Shown one piece after another: positions 1-8,375 of a stretch of 64,000 nt of DNA. The stretch is from Candidatus Omnitrophota bacterium (GTDB lineage Bacteria; Omnitrophota; Gorgyraeia; Pluralincolimonadales; Pluralincolimonadaceae): contig JBAZJG010000007.1 of NCBI GenBank assembly GCA_041651455.1, forward strand, positions 2,478-66,477. Direction: 5' to 3'. Positions within the stretch are counted from its first letter, which is position 1, and each line of letters begins with the position of its first letter. The position numbers were made by a program, and so were the translations under genes. The notes beneath the pieces are model-generated. The model was not told the origin of the DNA, ran no database searches, and saw only the letters and a list, made by a program, of their open reading frames with translations.

Positions 1-663
1 GCCGTTTCGGAGCGGCCGAGCTCCTTCGTGAGCTTGCGCTGTGCAAGATTGATATCCCTTTTTGCCTGCGTGACATCGTACCTGGCCTGTATGAGGTTCG
101 CTTCTTCCGTCATGAGCGAACCCTTATTCTCCTGGCCCGATTCATAACGCAGCGTCACCAGCTCGTAATTTTGCCTGCGGCGCGTATAGATCTCTTCCTT
201 TATGCGCAGCCCGTCCTGCGCCTTTAACAGTTCTATGAAAGCTGTGCGAAGCCGCAGCCGGACGTCCGACGAGGTAAACCTGTAGCTTTCCTGCGCCGCC
301 TTTATATTTTCCGCGGCCGCGTTTACCTTGTTCGCGGTATTGAATCCGTCGAATATGAGTTGGCTGCCGTTCACGCCGTAATTATAGTTATTTGTAGAGC
401 TGCTTGATGCGCCCGAGGCGCCGCCCGAGCCGCTCTTTGACTTAGAAACGCCCGCGTCGGCCGATACCTGCGGGAAGAGCCCGCTTGCGGTAATCGATTT
501 GTCCGCCGAGGCGCTGTTGACCGATTCCTTCGCCGAGACGAGGTCTGGATTGTTCTTCGCGGCCTCCTTGACGCAGTCCTCCCACGTGAACGCCTCTTCG
601 GCCGGGGCGGACGCGCACGAAAGCGCCATTGAAGCGGAAATCATGGCTAATAGGATCTTATTT
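1..663 (-). CDS. TolC-like outer membrane efflux protein, partial (N-terminal part only; C-terminus lies beyond the window start)
   Basis: The minus-strand reading frame is open from 663 to the window edge. Translation begins MKNKILLAMISASMALSCASAPAEEAFTWEDCVKEAAKNNPDL: a signal peptide followed by the conserved OEP/TolC N-terminal motif (L/T-x-E-D/E-x-V/I-x-x-A-x-x-N-N-P-D-L). The gene lies 10 nt downstream of the AbrB-like gene on the same strand. The provided ORF track omits it because it has no in-window stop. Confidence 0.55.
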
Positions 664-672
664 TTCATTATT

Positions 673-912
673 TTAGATCTGGCTCTTTAACCTTGACAGT
701 ACTTTTGTCGCTTCCGTAAGGAAACGGTTGAATTCCTGCGCCGGGATAAGCCCTATTGGGCCGTCCCTCCTTGAAACGACAATAAGCTTGTCGCCGGATT
801 TGATATTACGCTTCTTGCGTATATCGGCCGGTATGACGACCTGGCCCCTTTCGCCTATCGTCACTACGCTGTGGAATTCACCTGCCGGGCCTTCTATCGC
901 ATTTTCTTTCAT
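673..912 (-). CDS. AbrB/MazE/SpoVT-family small DNA-binding protein
   Basis: The 79-aa product contains GQVVIPADIRKKRNIKSGDKL, the looped-hinge-helix AbrB-type domain signature. A GGAGG Shine-Dalgarno sits 5 nt before the ATG. Confidence 0.6.
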   Translation of the reverse strand: MKENAIEGPAGEFHSVVTIGERGQVVIPADIRKKRNIKSGDKLIVVSRRDGPIGLIPAQEFNRFLTEATKVLSRLKSQI

Positions 913-936
913 CTTTACCTCCGAAATGTATGATTA

Positions 937-968
937 GTATGATATATCATACATTTCAGACTGTCAAG
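937..968 (-). promoter_or_regulatory. sigma70-type promoter (TTGACA-17-TATCAT) with an overlapping 16-bp perfect palindrome GTATGATATATCATAC, upstream of the AbrB-like gene
   Basis: On the minus strand, TTGACA (plus 962-967) is followed by a 17-nt spacer and TATCAT, then 16 nt, GGAGG and the ATG. The palindrome at 937-952 overlaps the -10 element and is a candidate autoregulatory operator. Confidence 0.5.
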
Positions 969-1018
969 ACAAAATTCATCCTGTATTGTTCAATTAGACG
1001 CGCCGGAAGGAAAAAGGT

Positions 1019-1531
1019 TTACTTGAGAAATGCCAGCAGGGCCCTGACGATCTCCTCCGGCGACGGCGGGCAGCCGGGGATATGCAGATCTACGGGCAGG
1101 ACCTCTTTGACTCCGCCGGTAACATAATACGATCCTTTGAAAACACCGCCTTCCTTCGCGCAATCGCCTAGAGTTATGACGAATTTCGGCTCGGGCATGG
1201 CTTCGTAGGTCTTACGCAACGCGGCGGCCATATTCCTCGATACCGGCCCCGTTACCAACAACGCGTCCGCATGGCGGGGAGAGGCGACAAAGTCGATGCC
1301 AAAACGCTGGATATCATATATCGGGTTCGTCGTCGCGATTATTTCCGATTCACACGCGCCGCAGGAACCCGTATCTACTTCGCGGATATGGAAGGAGCGG
1401 CCAAACCTCTCTTTGATCCTCATCTTCAGTTCGGGACCCATCGCTTCTATTTCAGGAAGCAATTCCTTTCCCGGCTTGATAGGCCTGGTTAACGTCCCTT
1501 TTCTTGATCTTATCCTAAGTATACTTTTCAT
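1019..1531 (-). CDS. NuoB-like [4Fe-4S] small subunit of a group-4 hydrogenase-like / Ehr complex
   Basis: The 170-aa product carries four Cys in hydrogenase small-subunit / NuoB spacing: SCGACESE, GDCAKE and IPGCPP. It is the last gene of a six-gene minus-strand operon. Confidence 0.85.
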   Translation of the reverse strand: MKSILRIRSRKGTLTRPIKPGKELLPEIEAMGPELKMRIKERFGRSFHIREVDTGSCGACESEIIATTNPIYDIQRFGIDFVASPRHADALLVTGPVSRNMAAALRKTYEAMPEPKFVITLGDCAKEGGVFKGSYYVTGGVKEVLPVDLHIPGCPPSPEEIVRALLAFLK

Positions 1532-1542
1532 CGCCTTCTGTC

Positions 1543-3078
1543 CTATAAGTCATTACCGGAATACGATAGGTCGAAACTCTTATTGCATAACGGGAAGTCC
1601 GGGATTATGTTCCCGAGCACTGCGAAACAAAGCCCCTGCCAGTTCCTGAACGACGGGTCCACTATTTTGCAGCGTTCGATGCGTCCGTCCCGGCCCGTCC
1701 TTATCCATAGCAGGAGCGGCCCCCTCCACGCTTCGACGCATCCTATCGAGAAACCCTCTTTCGGCTCCCGCTTTGTTAACGTCTCCGGCGGTTCCGAGAG
1801 GCTGCCTAGCATAGCCGTCAGCTTTTTTATCAGCAAGACAGAGGCGTCGAACTCGTTGAACCGCACATCCAGCCTCGCGAGGACATCCCCGTCCTCCTCA
1901 ATTGCCGGCCTGAAGCCGCAGGCATCGTATATATCACCGTCGAAGACCGTACGCAGGTCGGAGCGGATCCCCGATGCGCGCGCCGCAAGCCCGGTTATCC
2001 CGAGGTCTGCCGCGGTCTTCTTCTTTAATATTCCCGTATTGTCCACCCTGTCCATGAAGGAGATGCTGGAGCGGAGGATCTCTCTTATCTCGCTGATATC
2101 CTTCTGCGCGAGGTCGAGGGACTTGAGCAGTAAAGCTCTTCCCTCGTCCGGAATGTCCGCCGTTACGCCGCCTACCCTGTTGACACCTTTCAGGTACCTG
2201 CTGCCGGTAAGTTTCCCGTTGAGCGCCAGGAGGCCTTCTTTTGCCACAGATGCCAGCGCGTTCGGAAAGCTGAACCCAACATCCGTCGCGATGCCGCCGA
2301 TATCGTTCGCGTGGTTATACATCCTTTCCAGCTCCAGGAAGATCGCCCTGATTATCCTTGCTCTTCCCGGTACCCTCATACCGCATATTTTTTCAACGCC
2401 GGCGCAAAACGCGTAACTGTAGGCAAAAGCGGAATCACCGGCGATCTTCTCCGTCAACGCAACGGCATCGCGCGTGTCCATGCCCTCGAGCATCTTTTCT
2501 ACGCCGCGATGCGTGAATCCCAAACGCGTCTCCAGGTTTATTATCGGTTCGCCGGCCGCGCTGAACCTGAAATGCCCGGGGCCGATGATACCCGCGTGGA
2601 GCGGGCCGACCGGAACCTCGAATATCCCTTCCCCTTCGACCTTCTTGAAACGGTACTCGCTGCGCTCGCCGGGCGCTTTATGACCTGGCGCCGGAGGAGC
2701 GAAATCCTTGCGCAGGGGATAAAATCCCTCGGGCCATATCTCGTCGTGGAGGGCAAGGCGCCTGGAGTCAGGGCTTCCCTCAAAGCATATCCCGAACATT
2801 TCCGCCATCTCACGTTCGAACAAGCTCGCAGAATACATTTCTTTCGCAAGAGACGGCATCCTCGGATCATTTCCGGGAATGTTTGTCCTCACGATCTCCC
2901 ACCTGCCGGCTTTCCTGTCGAGGAACGTGCAATAGATACGGAAATTCCCGCTCTCCTTCCTTAGGTCCTCCGCAAAATACGCCATCACGGGCGATTCAAG
3001 CCGTTTATGCAGGCCGAGGCATTCCTCCGTGAACCGTCCGGGCTCTACGTCTATATATATCTCGTTATTACGTTCCAT
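1543..3078 (-). CDS. NuoC-NuoD fused 'large subunit' homolog (HycE/HyfG-like) that lacks the [NiFe]-binding cysteines
   Basis: The N-terminal NuoC-like region begins MERNNEIYIDV and is followed by a NuoD / hydrogenase large-subunit region (GPLHAGIIGPGHFRF, LGFTHRGVEKM). Where group-4 hydrogenases have R-I-C-G-I-C, this protein has KIAGDSAF, and the C-terminal DPCxxC is replaced by FDLSYSGNDL. The start ATG at 3076-3078 overlaps the upstream gene's stop (ATGA). The ORF track's longer N-terminus is unlikely to be real. Confidence 0.85.
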   Translation of the reverse strand: MERNNEIYIDVEPGRFTEECLGLHKRLESPVMAYFAEDLRKESGNFRIYCTFLDRKAGRWEIVRTNIPGNDPRMPSLAKEMYSASLFEREMAEMFGICFEGSPDSRRLALHDEIWPEGFYPLRKDFAPPAPGHKAPGERSEYRFKKVEGEGIFEVPVGPLHAGIIGPGHFRFSAAGEPIINLETRLGFTHRGVEKMLEGMDTRDAVALTEKIAGDSAFAYSYAFCAGVEKICGMRVPGRARIIRAIFLELERMYNHANDIGGIATDVGFSFPNALASVAKEGLLALNGKLTGSRYLKGVNRVGGVTADIPDEGRALLLKSLDLAQKDISEIREILRSSISFMDRVDNTGILKKKTAADLGITGLAARASGIRSDLRTVFDGDIYDACGFRPAIEEDGDVLARLDVRFNEFDASVLLIKKLTAMLGSLSEPPETLTKREPKEGFSIGCVEAWRGPLLLWIRTGRDGRIERCKIVDPSFRNWQGLCFAVLGNIIPDFPLCNKSFDLSYSGNDL

Positions 3079-4550
3079 CACGCGCCCCTTATTATCTCTG
3101 ATGCGGCCAGCAGCAGGTCCCTGAAAAATCCCGGCGCCGCAAGGCCCATGGCGCATATCAATAATATCAATATTCCGAATGCGAACTTACCGCTCAACGG
3201 CTCCCCCTCGACCGGCATCCCCTCCGGCTTTCCGCCGAAGGCCGACCGGCTGATATTCAACACTATCGCGCTGAATGCGACGGCCATGAACAACAGCAGC
3301 AGCGCCGCCTGAGGCCAAAGGCCCATCTTGAATCCCGCCAGCAATATCATTATCTCGCTGAAGAATGCTGAGAACGGCGGCGAACCGGTCAGCGCAAATA
3401 CGCCGATAATGAGCATCGTGCCGGCAAACGGCATCGCGCTTATTATCCCGCGTATCTCCCGGATGTTGTGCGATCCGTATTTTTTTACCGCACGGCCCGC
3501 TGCGAAGAACATCAGCGATTTCGCGGCAGCATGGTTGAATATATGGAAAAGCGCGCCGTAAATAGCGACGGTCCCGCCGAACCCGAGTCCTGCCGCAATT
3601 ATCCCTATGTTCTCGACGCTGCTGTAAGCAAGCAGGCGTTTTATATCCCTCTGGACGAGCACGAAACCCGCCCCCACGCCGAGCGACACAAGCCCGAAGA
3701 GCATGAACAGGTTTCCGGTATATCCCGTGCCGATGCAGACGTTTGTTATCGTCGCGAACCTAATTATCGCGTAAATAGCCGTCGGCAGCAGTACTCCGGA
3801 GAGCATCGCGCTTATCGGCGCTAGCGCCTGGCTGTGCGCGTCCGGAAGCCATGTATGCATAGGGACGAACCCCGCCTTTGTCCCGTATCCTACGAGTATA
3901 AAAAGGAACGCTACCTTTAGAATCGACGGGTTCAGGCTGCCCGCGACCGCTGCCATGTCGGTCCAGTTCAGCGACGAGATGCCGCCGTCGCGCGAAGCCG
4001 TATAATAGAACAATATAGTGCCGAGCAAGGCAAGAGTGATGCCTACGGAACAGATTATTATATATTTCCAGGCCGCCTCGATCGATTCCTTCCTGTTATA
4101 GAACCCGACGAGGAACGCCGAGACGAGCGTTGTCATCTCTATCGCTACCCATACCATGCCAAGGTTGCTTACCAGCGGCACGCAGAGCATCGACAGCGCG
4201 AAAAGGTTGAAGAGAGCGTAGTAGGCCTTCGCCTTCCTCTCGCTCATTACCCCGTCTTTCACGTCCGCGGAGATATACCCGATCGAATAGAGCGCCGAGA
4301 TCGAATTGATTACCGATATGGTCAAGATAAAAAACGCGCTTAAAATGTCGGCATAGAAGAACCCGAGGAATGACACAGGTTCGCCGGACTTCAGCAACCC
4401 CAGCGCGAGCGTTACTGCAAGCGCCGCGTTGGCGAAATGCCCCGCCGCGTTAAGCACGCCGAATTTCCTGCTCCTGCCGGCTTTTACTCCAGGCAGGACC
4501 GCGATCCCGGCAAGCACGAGAGGTATTAGCAGTATCGGGAATATCTCCAT
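3078..4550 (-). CDS. NuoM/NuoN/MrpD-like antiporter-type membrane subunit (HyfF-like)
   Basis: The 490-aa polytopic membrane protein has conserved motifs of the complex-I antiporter-like family: WLPDAHSQA(L)AP, SAML(S)G and LLAYSSVENIG. Confidence 0.8.
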   Translation of the reverse strand: MEIFPILLIPLVLAGIAVLPGVKAGRSRKFGVLNAAGHFANAALAVTLALGLLKSGEPVSFLGFFYADILSAFFILTISVINSISALYSIGYISADVKDGVMSERKAKAYYALFNLFALSMLCVPLVSNLGMVWVAIEMTTLVSAFLVGFYNRKESIEAAWKYIIICSVGITLALLGTILFYYTASRDGGISSLNWTDMAAVAGSLNPSILKVAFLFILVGYGTKAGFVPMHTWLPDAHSQALAPISAMLSGVLLPTAIYAIIRFATITNVCIGTGYTGNLFMLFGLVSLGVGAGFVLVQRDIKRLLAYSSVENIGIIAAGLGFGGTVAIYGALFHIFNHAAAKSLMFFAAGRAVKKYGSHNIREIRGIISAMPFAGTMLIIGVFALTGSPPFSAFFSEIMILLAGFKMGLWPQAALLLLFMAVAFSAIVLNISRSAFGGKPEGMPVEGEPLSGKFAFGILILLICAMGLAAPGFFRDLLLAASEIIRGA

Positions 4551-4551
4551 A

Positions 4552-5190
4552 TCAGCCCTTCAGTTCCGTAAGTTTGTCCACATCTATGTGCGTGAAAAGC
4601 TTGTTTATCTTGAACACGAACACGCCGAGAATTATTACGACGAGCAAAATGTCGAAGAATATCGCTATCTCGACTATGAACGGCATCCCGCCCGATACGC
4701 TGGCGGCCGCGAGGAACATCCCGTTCTCCATGACAAGAAGTCCTATTATCTGCGCTAGCGCCTTCATCCTCGCCATCATGAGGAAGATACCTATCATCGT
4801 CACCGAGAGAGAGACAAAGAACGCGCTGTTCTCGAACTCCCCGGGCAAAGACAATATCTTTCCGGTAAAAAGGTACGCCATATACGAGAGGAGCACCGCC
4901 GCGAATATGGAGACGGTCGGGTTTGCCGAGAGGCCGAGGTCCTCGTTTACCTTTATCCTGCGGGCGACCCTGCACAGGAAATTCGGCACAAGAACCACCT
5001 TTATCGCGAACAACATCGTCGTAACGAAATACAGCTGGGTGGAATTCTCCCTGAACGCGAGGATGAATGTCAGCAGGAACAGGAAGAACGATTGCGCCCT
5101 GAAACCGAATATCAGCGCGGACATCCTCTTCGCGGCGACCATAGCGAATGCCATCATCAGTATCCCGAAAAGTATCAGCCCTACCGCCAT
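4552..5190 (-). CDS. HyfE-like small membrane subunit (extended NuoK-like)
   Basis: The 212-aa highly hydrophobic protein is similar in size to hydrogenase-4 HyfE. It lies 2 nt from its neighbours. Confidence 0.65.
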   Translation of the reverse strand: MAVGLILFGILMMAFAMVAAKRMSALIFGFRAQSFFLFLLTFILAFRENSTQLYFVTTMLFAIKVVLVPNFLCRVARRIKVNEDLGLSANPTVSIFAAVLLSYMAYLFTGKILSLPGEFENSAFFVSLSVTMIGIFLMMARMKALAQIIGLLVMENGMFLAAASVSGGMPFIVEIAIFFDILLVVIILGVFVFKINKLFTHIDVDKLTELKG

Positions 5191-5191
5191 T

Positions 5192-6067
5192 TTAAAACCC
5201 CATCGCGGAGATGACTACCGCTATTACCGAGAGCACGAATGAAAAACTCATAAGGTCCACTACCCTGAAAAGGCGCATCTTTGCCATCGATACCTCCAGC
5301 ACCGCGACCGCTATCGCTATCGCGGCCATTTTGGCCGCGTAATTGCCGAACGGTATCGCGACCGCCGCGATCACCGAGTAGAACAGCACCTGCTTGATGT
5401 GGGAAGCGAGCTCTATGAGCGCGAGTGAACGCCCGGAATATTCAAGGACCATCGCTTCATGCACCATCGTCAGTTCGAGGTGTGTCTCCCTGTTATCTAC
5501 GGGAATGCGCGATGTCTCCGCAAGGGTAACCACGAAGAGCGCGCCCGCCGCCACGAGCGATGATAGCTTCAGTGTTTCCACAGACGCGACCGCCCGAGGC
5601 GTCGTCGATCCGGCTGCCAACGATACGGCGAATACGGCAAGCAGGACGACCGGTTCCACCAAGCTCGATATGAACATTTCCCTCGACGAGCCCATGCCCC
5701 CGAAGGAACTTCCCGCATCGAGCCCGGCAAGCGCGATGAAGAACCTCCCGAGCGCAAGCAGGAAAACGAGCGCAACTAGGTCTCCCGCGCTGTCAAATGA
5801 TATGCCCGGGCCGAATGCCGGTATCATGAACAGCGCCGCAAGTACGGTGCCCAGGACGATATACGGAGTGCATGTGAATACCCACGATGTGTCTCGCGAC
5901 ACCGCCTCTTCCTTGCGGAGCAATTTCGCGAGGTCATAATAAGGCTGGAATACGCCGGGGCCCTTCCTGAGCCTTATGAAGTTCTTCAGCTTCCTTATAA
6001 ACCCGGTTACCAGCGGCGACACGGCTATAAGCACCAGCGCCTGCAATATGACCAATGGATCCCTCAT
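5192..6067 (-). CDS. NuoH/HycD/HyfC-like membrane subunit
   Basis: The 291-aa product contains LIRKLKNFIRLRKGPGVFQPYYDLAKLL, which matches the NuoH/HycD conserved N-terminal motif (RKGP...QP..D..KL). Confidence 0.8.
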   Translation of the reverse strand: MRDPLVILQALVLIAVSPLVTGFIRKLKNFIRLRKGPGVFQPYYDLAKLLRKEEAVSRDTSWVFTCTPYIVLGTVLAALFMIPAFGPGISFDSAGDLVALVFLLALGRFFIALAGLDAGSSFGGMGSSREMFISSLVEPVVLLAVFAVSLAAGSTTPRAVASVETLKLSSLVAAGALFVVTLAETSRIPVDNRETHLELTMVHEAMVLEYSGRSLALIELASHIKQVLFYSVIAAVAIPFGNYAAKMAAIAIAVAVLEVSMAKMRLFRVVDLMSFSFVLSVIAVVISAMGF

Positions 6068-7854
6068 CAGAACCTTCCCATGAATATCACGAGCAACACT
6101 ATCGTCACGAATATATACGCCACGTAAACATGTATGCTGCCCGGCTGTATCTTCTTGAGCTTCCTCGCTGCGATGAACAATAAACTTACCGCGGGCGCGT
6201 AGATATATTTCCTGAAGACCGGCGTCGTGAAAACCTCATATTTGAACGACCGGACATGGTAGAACGAGTCCCTTATCTTTTCGGTCTTGCTGTAGGGCAT
6301 CAGGAAGAAACTGAAAGCTATTCGAAGCGGCTTCGAAAACGCGGTCGCGCTGTATTCATTCCGCGGGCTGAGCTTGTAATACCCGCAATCCCACGTATTG
6401 CACTCGGCGGCTCTCCTGTTCCTCGCTGCATAGCAGCAGGACGCGGCGAACACCAACACTGCGGCGGCTATCCAATTCGTCTTAATAAAGAATGATATCG
6501 GCGCCTCACCGGCCGGCACCCCCATAGCGAAACCCGCTATTACCGAGATATATTTTACCGCGAACGGCGCTCCGAGGCCCAATGCCAGTGCCATCAACGC
6601 CAGGAACGCCATCGGCGCTTTCATCGATAACGGCACTTCCTGCGCCGACTGGGCCGCTTTGCTCCTGGGTACTGCGAGGAACGTTATGCCGAACGCCTTG
6701 ACAAAGCACGCGGCGGCCAGCCCTCCCGTGAGCGCAAGCAGCGCCGCGCATACGCAAAGGAATATCTTATAGCTGCCGCCCGAATTGACCGCTCCGTAAA
6801 AGAACGCCTGCAGCGTCAGCCATTCGCTAACGAACCCGTTGAATGGCGGCAGGCCGGATATCGCTATCGATCCAGCGAGGAACACCGCCGCCGTGACGGG
6901 CATCTTCTTTATGAGCCCGCCGAGGTGCTCGATGTTGCGCGTTCCGGTCGCCTTATATACCGCGCCCGCGCCGAGGAAAAGCAATCCCTTGAATACAGCG
7001 TGGTTCAGCAGGTGGAATAGCCCGGCGCAAAGCGCCATTACCGCGAGCGCCGGCATGCCCATCTTCATGAATACCATCGACGCGCCGAGGCCGAGCATTA
7101 TTATTCCCATGTTCTCTACGCTGGAATAGGCAAGGAGTTTCTTAAGGTCCTGCTCCATCAGGGCATACATTATGCCGGCAAGGCACGACACGAGCGCTAG
7201 AACCAGCACGAGGTTGCCCCACCATTGGGGCCCGATACCGAGCGTCAGGAAAACGAACCTTAACAGGCCGTATACGGCGGTCTTGATCATCACGCCCGAC
7301 ATTATGCTCGAGATATGGCTTGGCGCCTGCGGGTGGGCGTACGGGAGCCAGACGTGCAGGGGCACGATCCCGGCCTTTGTCCCGAAACCTATGAGGAATA
7401 ATATGAAAATTATGTCTTTTATGTTTGCCGGTATCGATGCGGACGCAGCCTTCATCGCTGCGATATCGAATGAGCCCGCGTAATTGGACATTATAAGGAG
7501 GGCTGCCGTCATGAACGCCGTGCCGATATGGGTCATCACGATGTATATCGTGCCGGCCATTACGGACCTTTCATGCCGGTGGTCGATGACAACGAGGAAA
7601 TACGAGGCCAGCGACATCAGTTCCCACGCGACTAGAAAGACCAGCGCGTTCCCCGACGTGACGACGAGCGCCATGGACAGCACGAATGCCGCCAGGAGCG
7701 CCCATAGCAATGCCTTCTTTCCCCTGCCGTACTCTCCTCTCATATACCCGACCGAATATATTGCGGCCGGCGCCGAGACGAGAAGTATCACAAAAAGGAA
7801 AAATAAAGACAAAGGATCTGTCAGTAAAGTGTAATTAACACCTAATAGTTGCAT
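6067..7854 (-). CDS. NuoL/HycC/HyfB-like antiporter-type membrane subunit; first gene of the operon
   Basis: The 595-aa product contains WLPYAHPQAPSHISSIMSG and LLAYSSVENMG, antiporter-like family motifs. The stop/start overlaps the next gene at 6067. Confidence 0.8.
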   Translation of the reverse strand: MQLLGVNYTLLTDPLSLFFLFVILLVSAPAAIYSVGYMRGEYGRGKKALLWALLAAFVLSMALVVTSGNALVFLVAWELMSLASYFLVVIDHRHERSVMAGTIYIVMTHIGTAFMTAALLIMSNYAGSFDIAAMKAASASIPANIKDIIFILFLIGFGTKAGIVPLHVWLPYAHPQAPSHISSIMSGVMIKTAVYGLLRFVFLTLGIGPQWWGNLVLVLALVSCLAGIMYALMEQDLKKLLAYSSVENMGIIMLGLGASMVFMKMGMPALAVMALCAGLFHLLNHAVFKGLLFLGAGAVYKATGTRNIEHLGGLIKKMPVTAAVFLAGSIAISGLPPFNGFVSEWLTLQAFFYGAVNSGGSYKIFLCVCAALLALTGGLAAACFVKAFGITFLAVPRSKAAQSAQEVPLSMKAPMAFLALMALALGLGAPFAVKYISVIAGFAMGVPAGEAPISFFIKTNWIAAAVLVFAASCCYAARNRRAAECNTWDCGYYKLSPRNEYSATAFSKPLRIAFSFFLMPYSKTEKIRDSFYHVRSFKYEVFTTPVFRKYIYAPAVSLLFIAARKLKKIQPGSIHVYVAYIFVTIVLLVIFMGRF

Positions 7855-7894
7855 CTTTCCTTGCTTTTTTTGGTTATTTAATAGATGGGATTAT

Positions 7895-7932
7895 ATTATA
7901 GGACGTGCCGGCCTGTTTGTCAAGCCGGCACG
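7895..7932 (-). promoter_or_regulatory. Consensus sigma70 promoter (TTGACA-17-TATAAT) for the Ehr-like operon, with an inverted repeat (CGTGCCGGC...GCCGGCACG) over the -35 element and spacer
   Basis: The minus-strand reading is cTTGACAaacaggccggcacgtccTATAATat. The -35 lies at plus 7918-7923 and the -10 at 7895-7900, giving a leader of about 35 nt to the ATG at 7854. A 9-bp GC-rich inverted repeat at 7904-7932 overlaps the promoter and is a possible operator. Confidence 0.5.
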
Positions 7933-7960
7933 GTATTGCGGCCCTGTTTATTCTACGCCT

Positions 7961-8359
7961 TTAATTGCACTTTATCGGCGATCCGTCATCCTGCACTGGG
8001 GCAGGCCCCTTCATGCCGCCCTTCATCATCGGGCACGGCATCTTGCCTTCATTCATCATTCCGCCCATACCTTGCTTCATCCCGCGCATTCCCTGCATAT
8101 CGCCCCTCATGCCCCCCATCATGGGGCGCTTATCCTGCATGTTACCCATCATCGGGCATGAAATCGGGCTGGCTCCGGTAACCAGTATCGATATACCGGC
8201 TACCGCGATGACCAACGCTACCGTAATGAGCACCGCGCCTACGAATTTCCCGAACGACTTTACCTTTTCCGGAGCTTTCTCCGCCGTCAATAAGACAAAA
8301 TAGCTTACCGCCAGCAGGAGGCTCATCCACATAAGTGTTATTATCCCTACTAATGCCAT
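7961..8359 (-). CDS. Small membrane-anchored methionine/glycine-rich protein (possible soft-metal binding)
   Basis: The 132-aa product has two predicted TM helices, then PMMGNMQDKRPMMGGMRGDMQGMRGMKQGMGGMMNEGKMPCPMMKGGMKG, which contains 12 MxxM/MxM-type motifs and 3 Cys. A strong SD (AAGGAGGGCAAGGAG) directly precedes the ATG, and the start lies 16 nt after the hcp stop. The overlapping plus-strand ORF 7965-8303 is Pro-rich and has no recognisable features. Confidence 0.5.
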   Translation of the reverse strand: MALVGIITLMWMSLLLAVSYFVLLTAEKAPEKVKSFGKFVGAVLITVALVIAVAGISILVTGASPISCPMMGNMQDKRPMMGGMRGDMQGMRGMKQGMGGMMNEGKMPCPMMKGGMKGPAPVQDDGSPIKCN

Positions 8360-8375
8360 CTCCTTGCCCTCCTTG

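Noticed and set aside
3079-3156. An N-terminal extension of the large-subunit ORF (MRHGPCGAGIFQG...)
   Set aside because: It overlaps the upstream antiporter gene. The Met at 3078 (MERNNEIYIDV) matches NuoC N-termini and gives an ATGA stop/start overlap.
7965-8303. A 112-aa plus-strand ORF overlapping the Met-rich gene
   Set aside because: The protein is Pro/Ile-rich with no SD. The minus-strand frame has a strong SD, TM helices and tight coupling to hcp.
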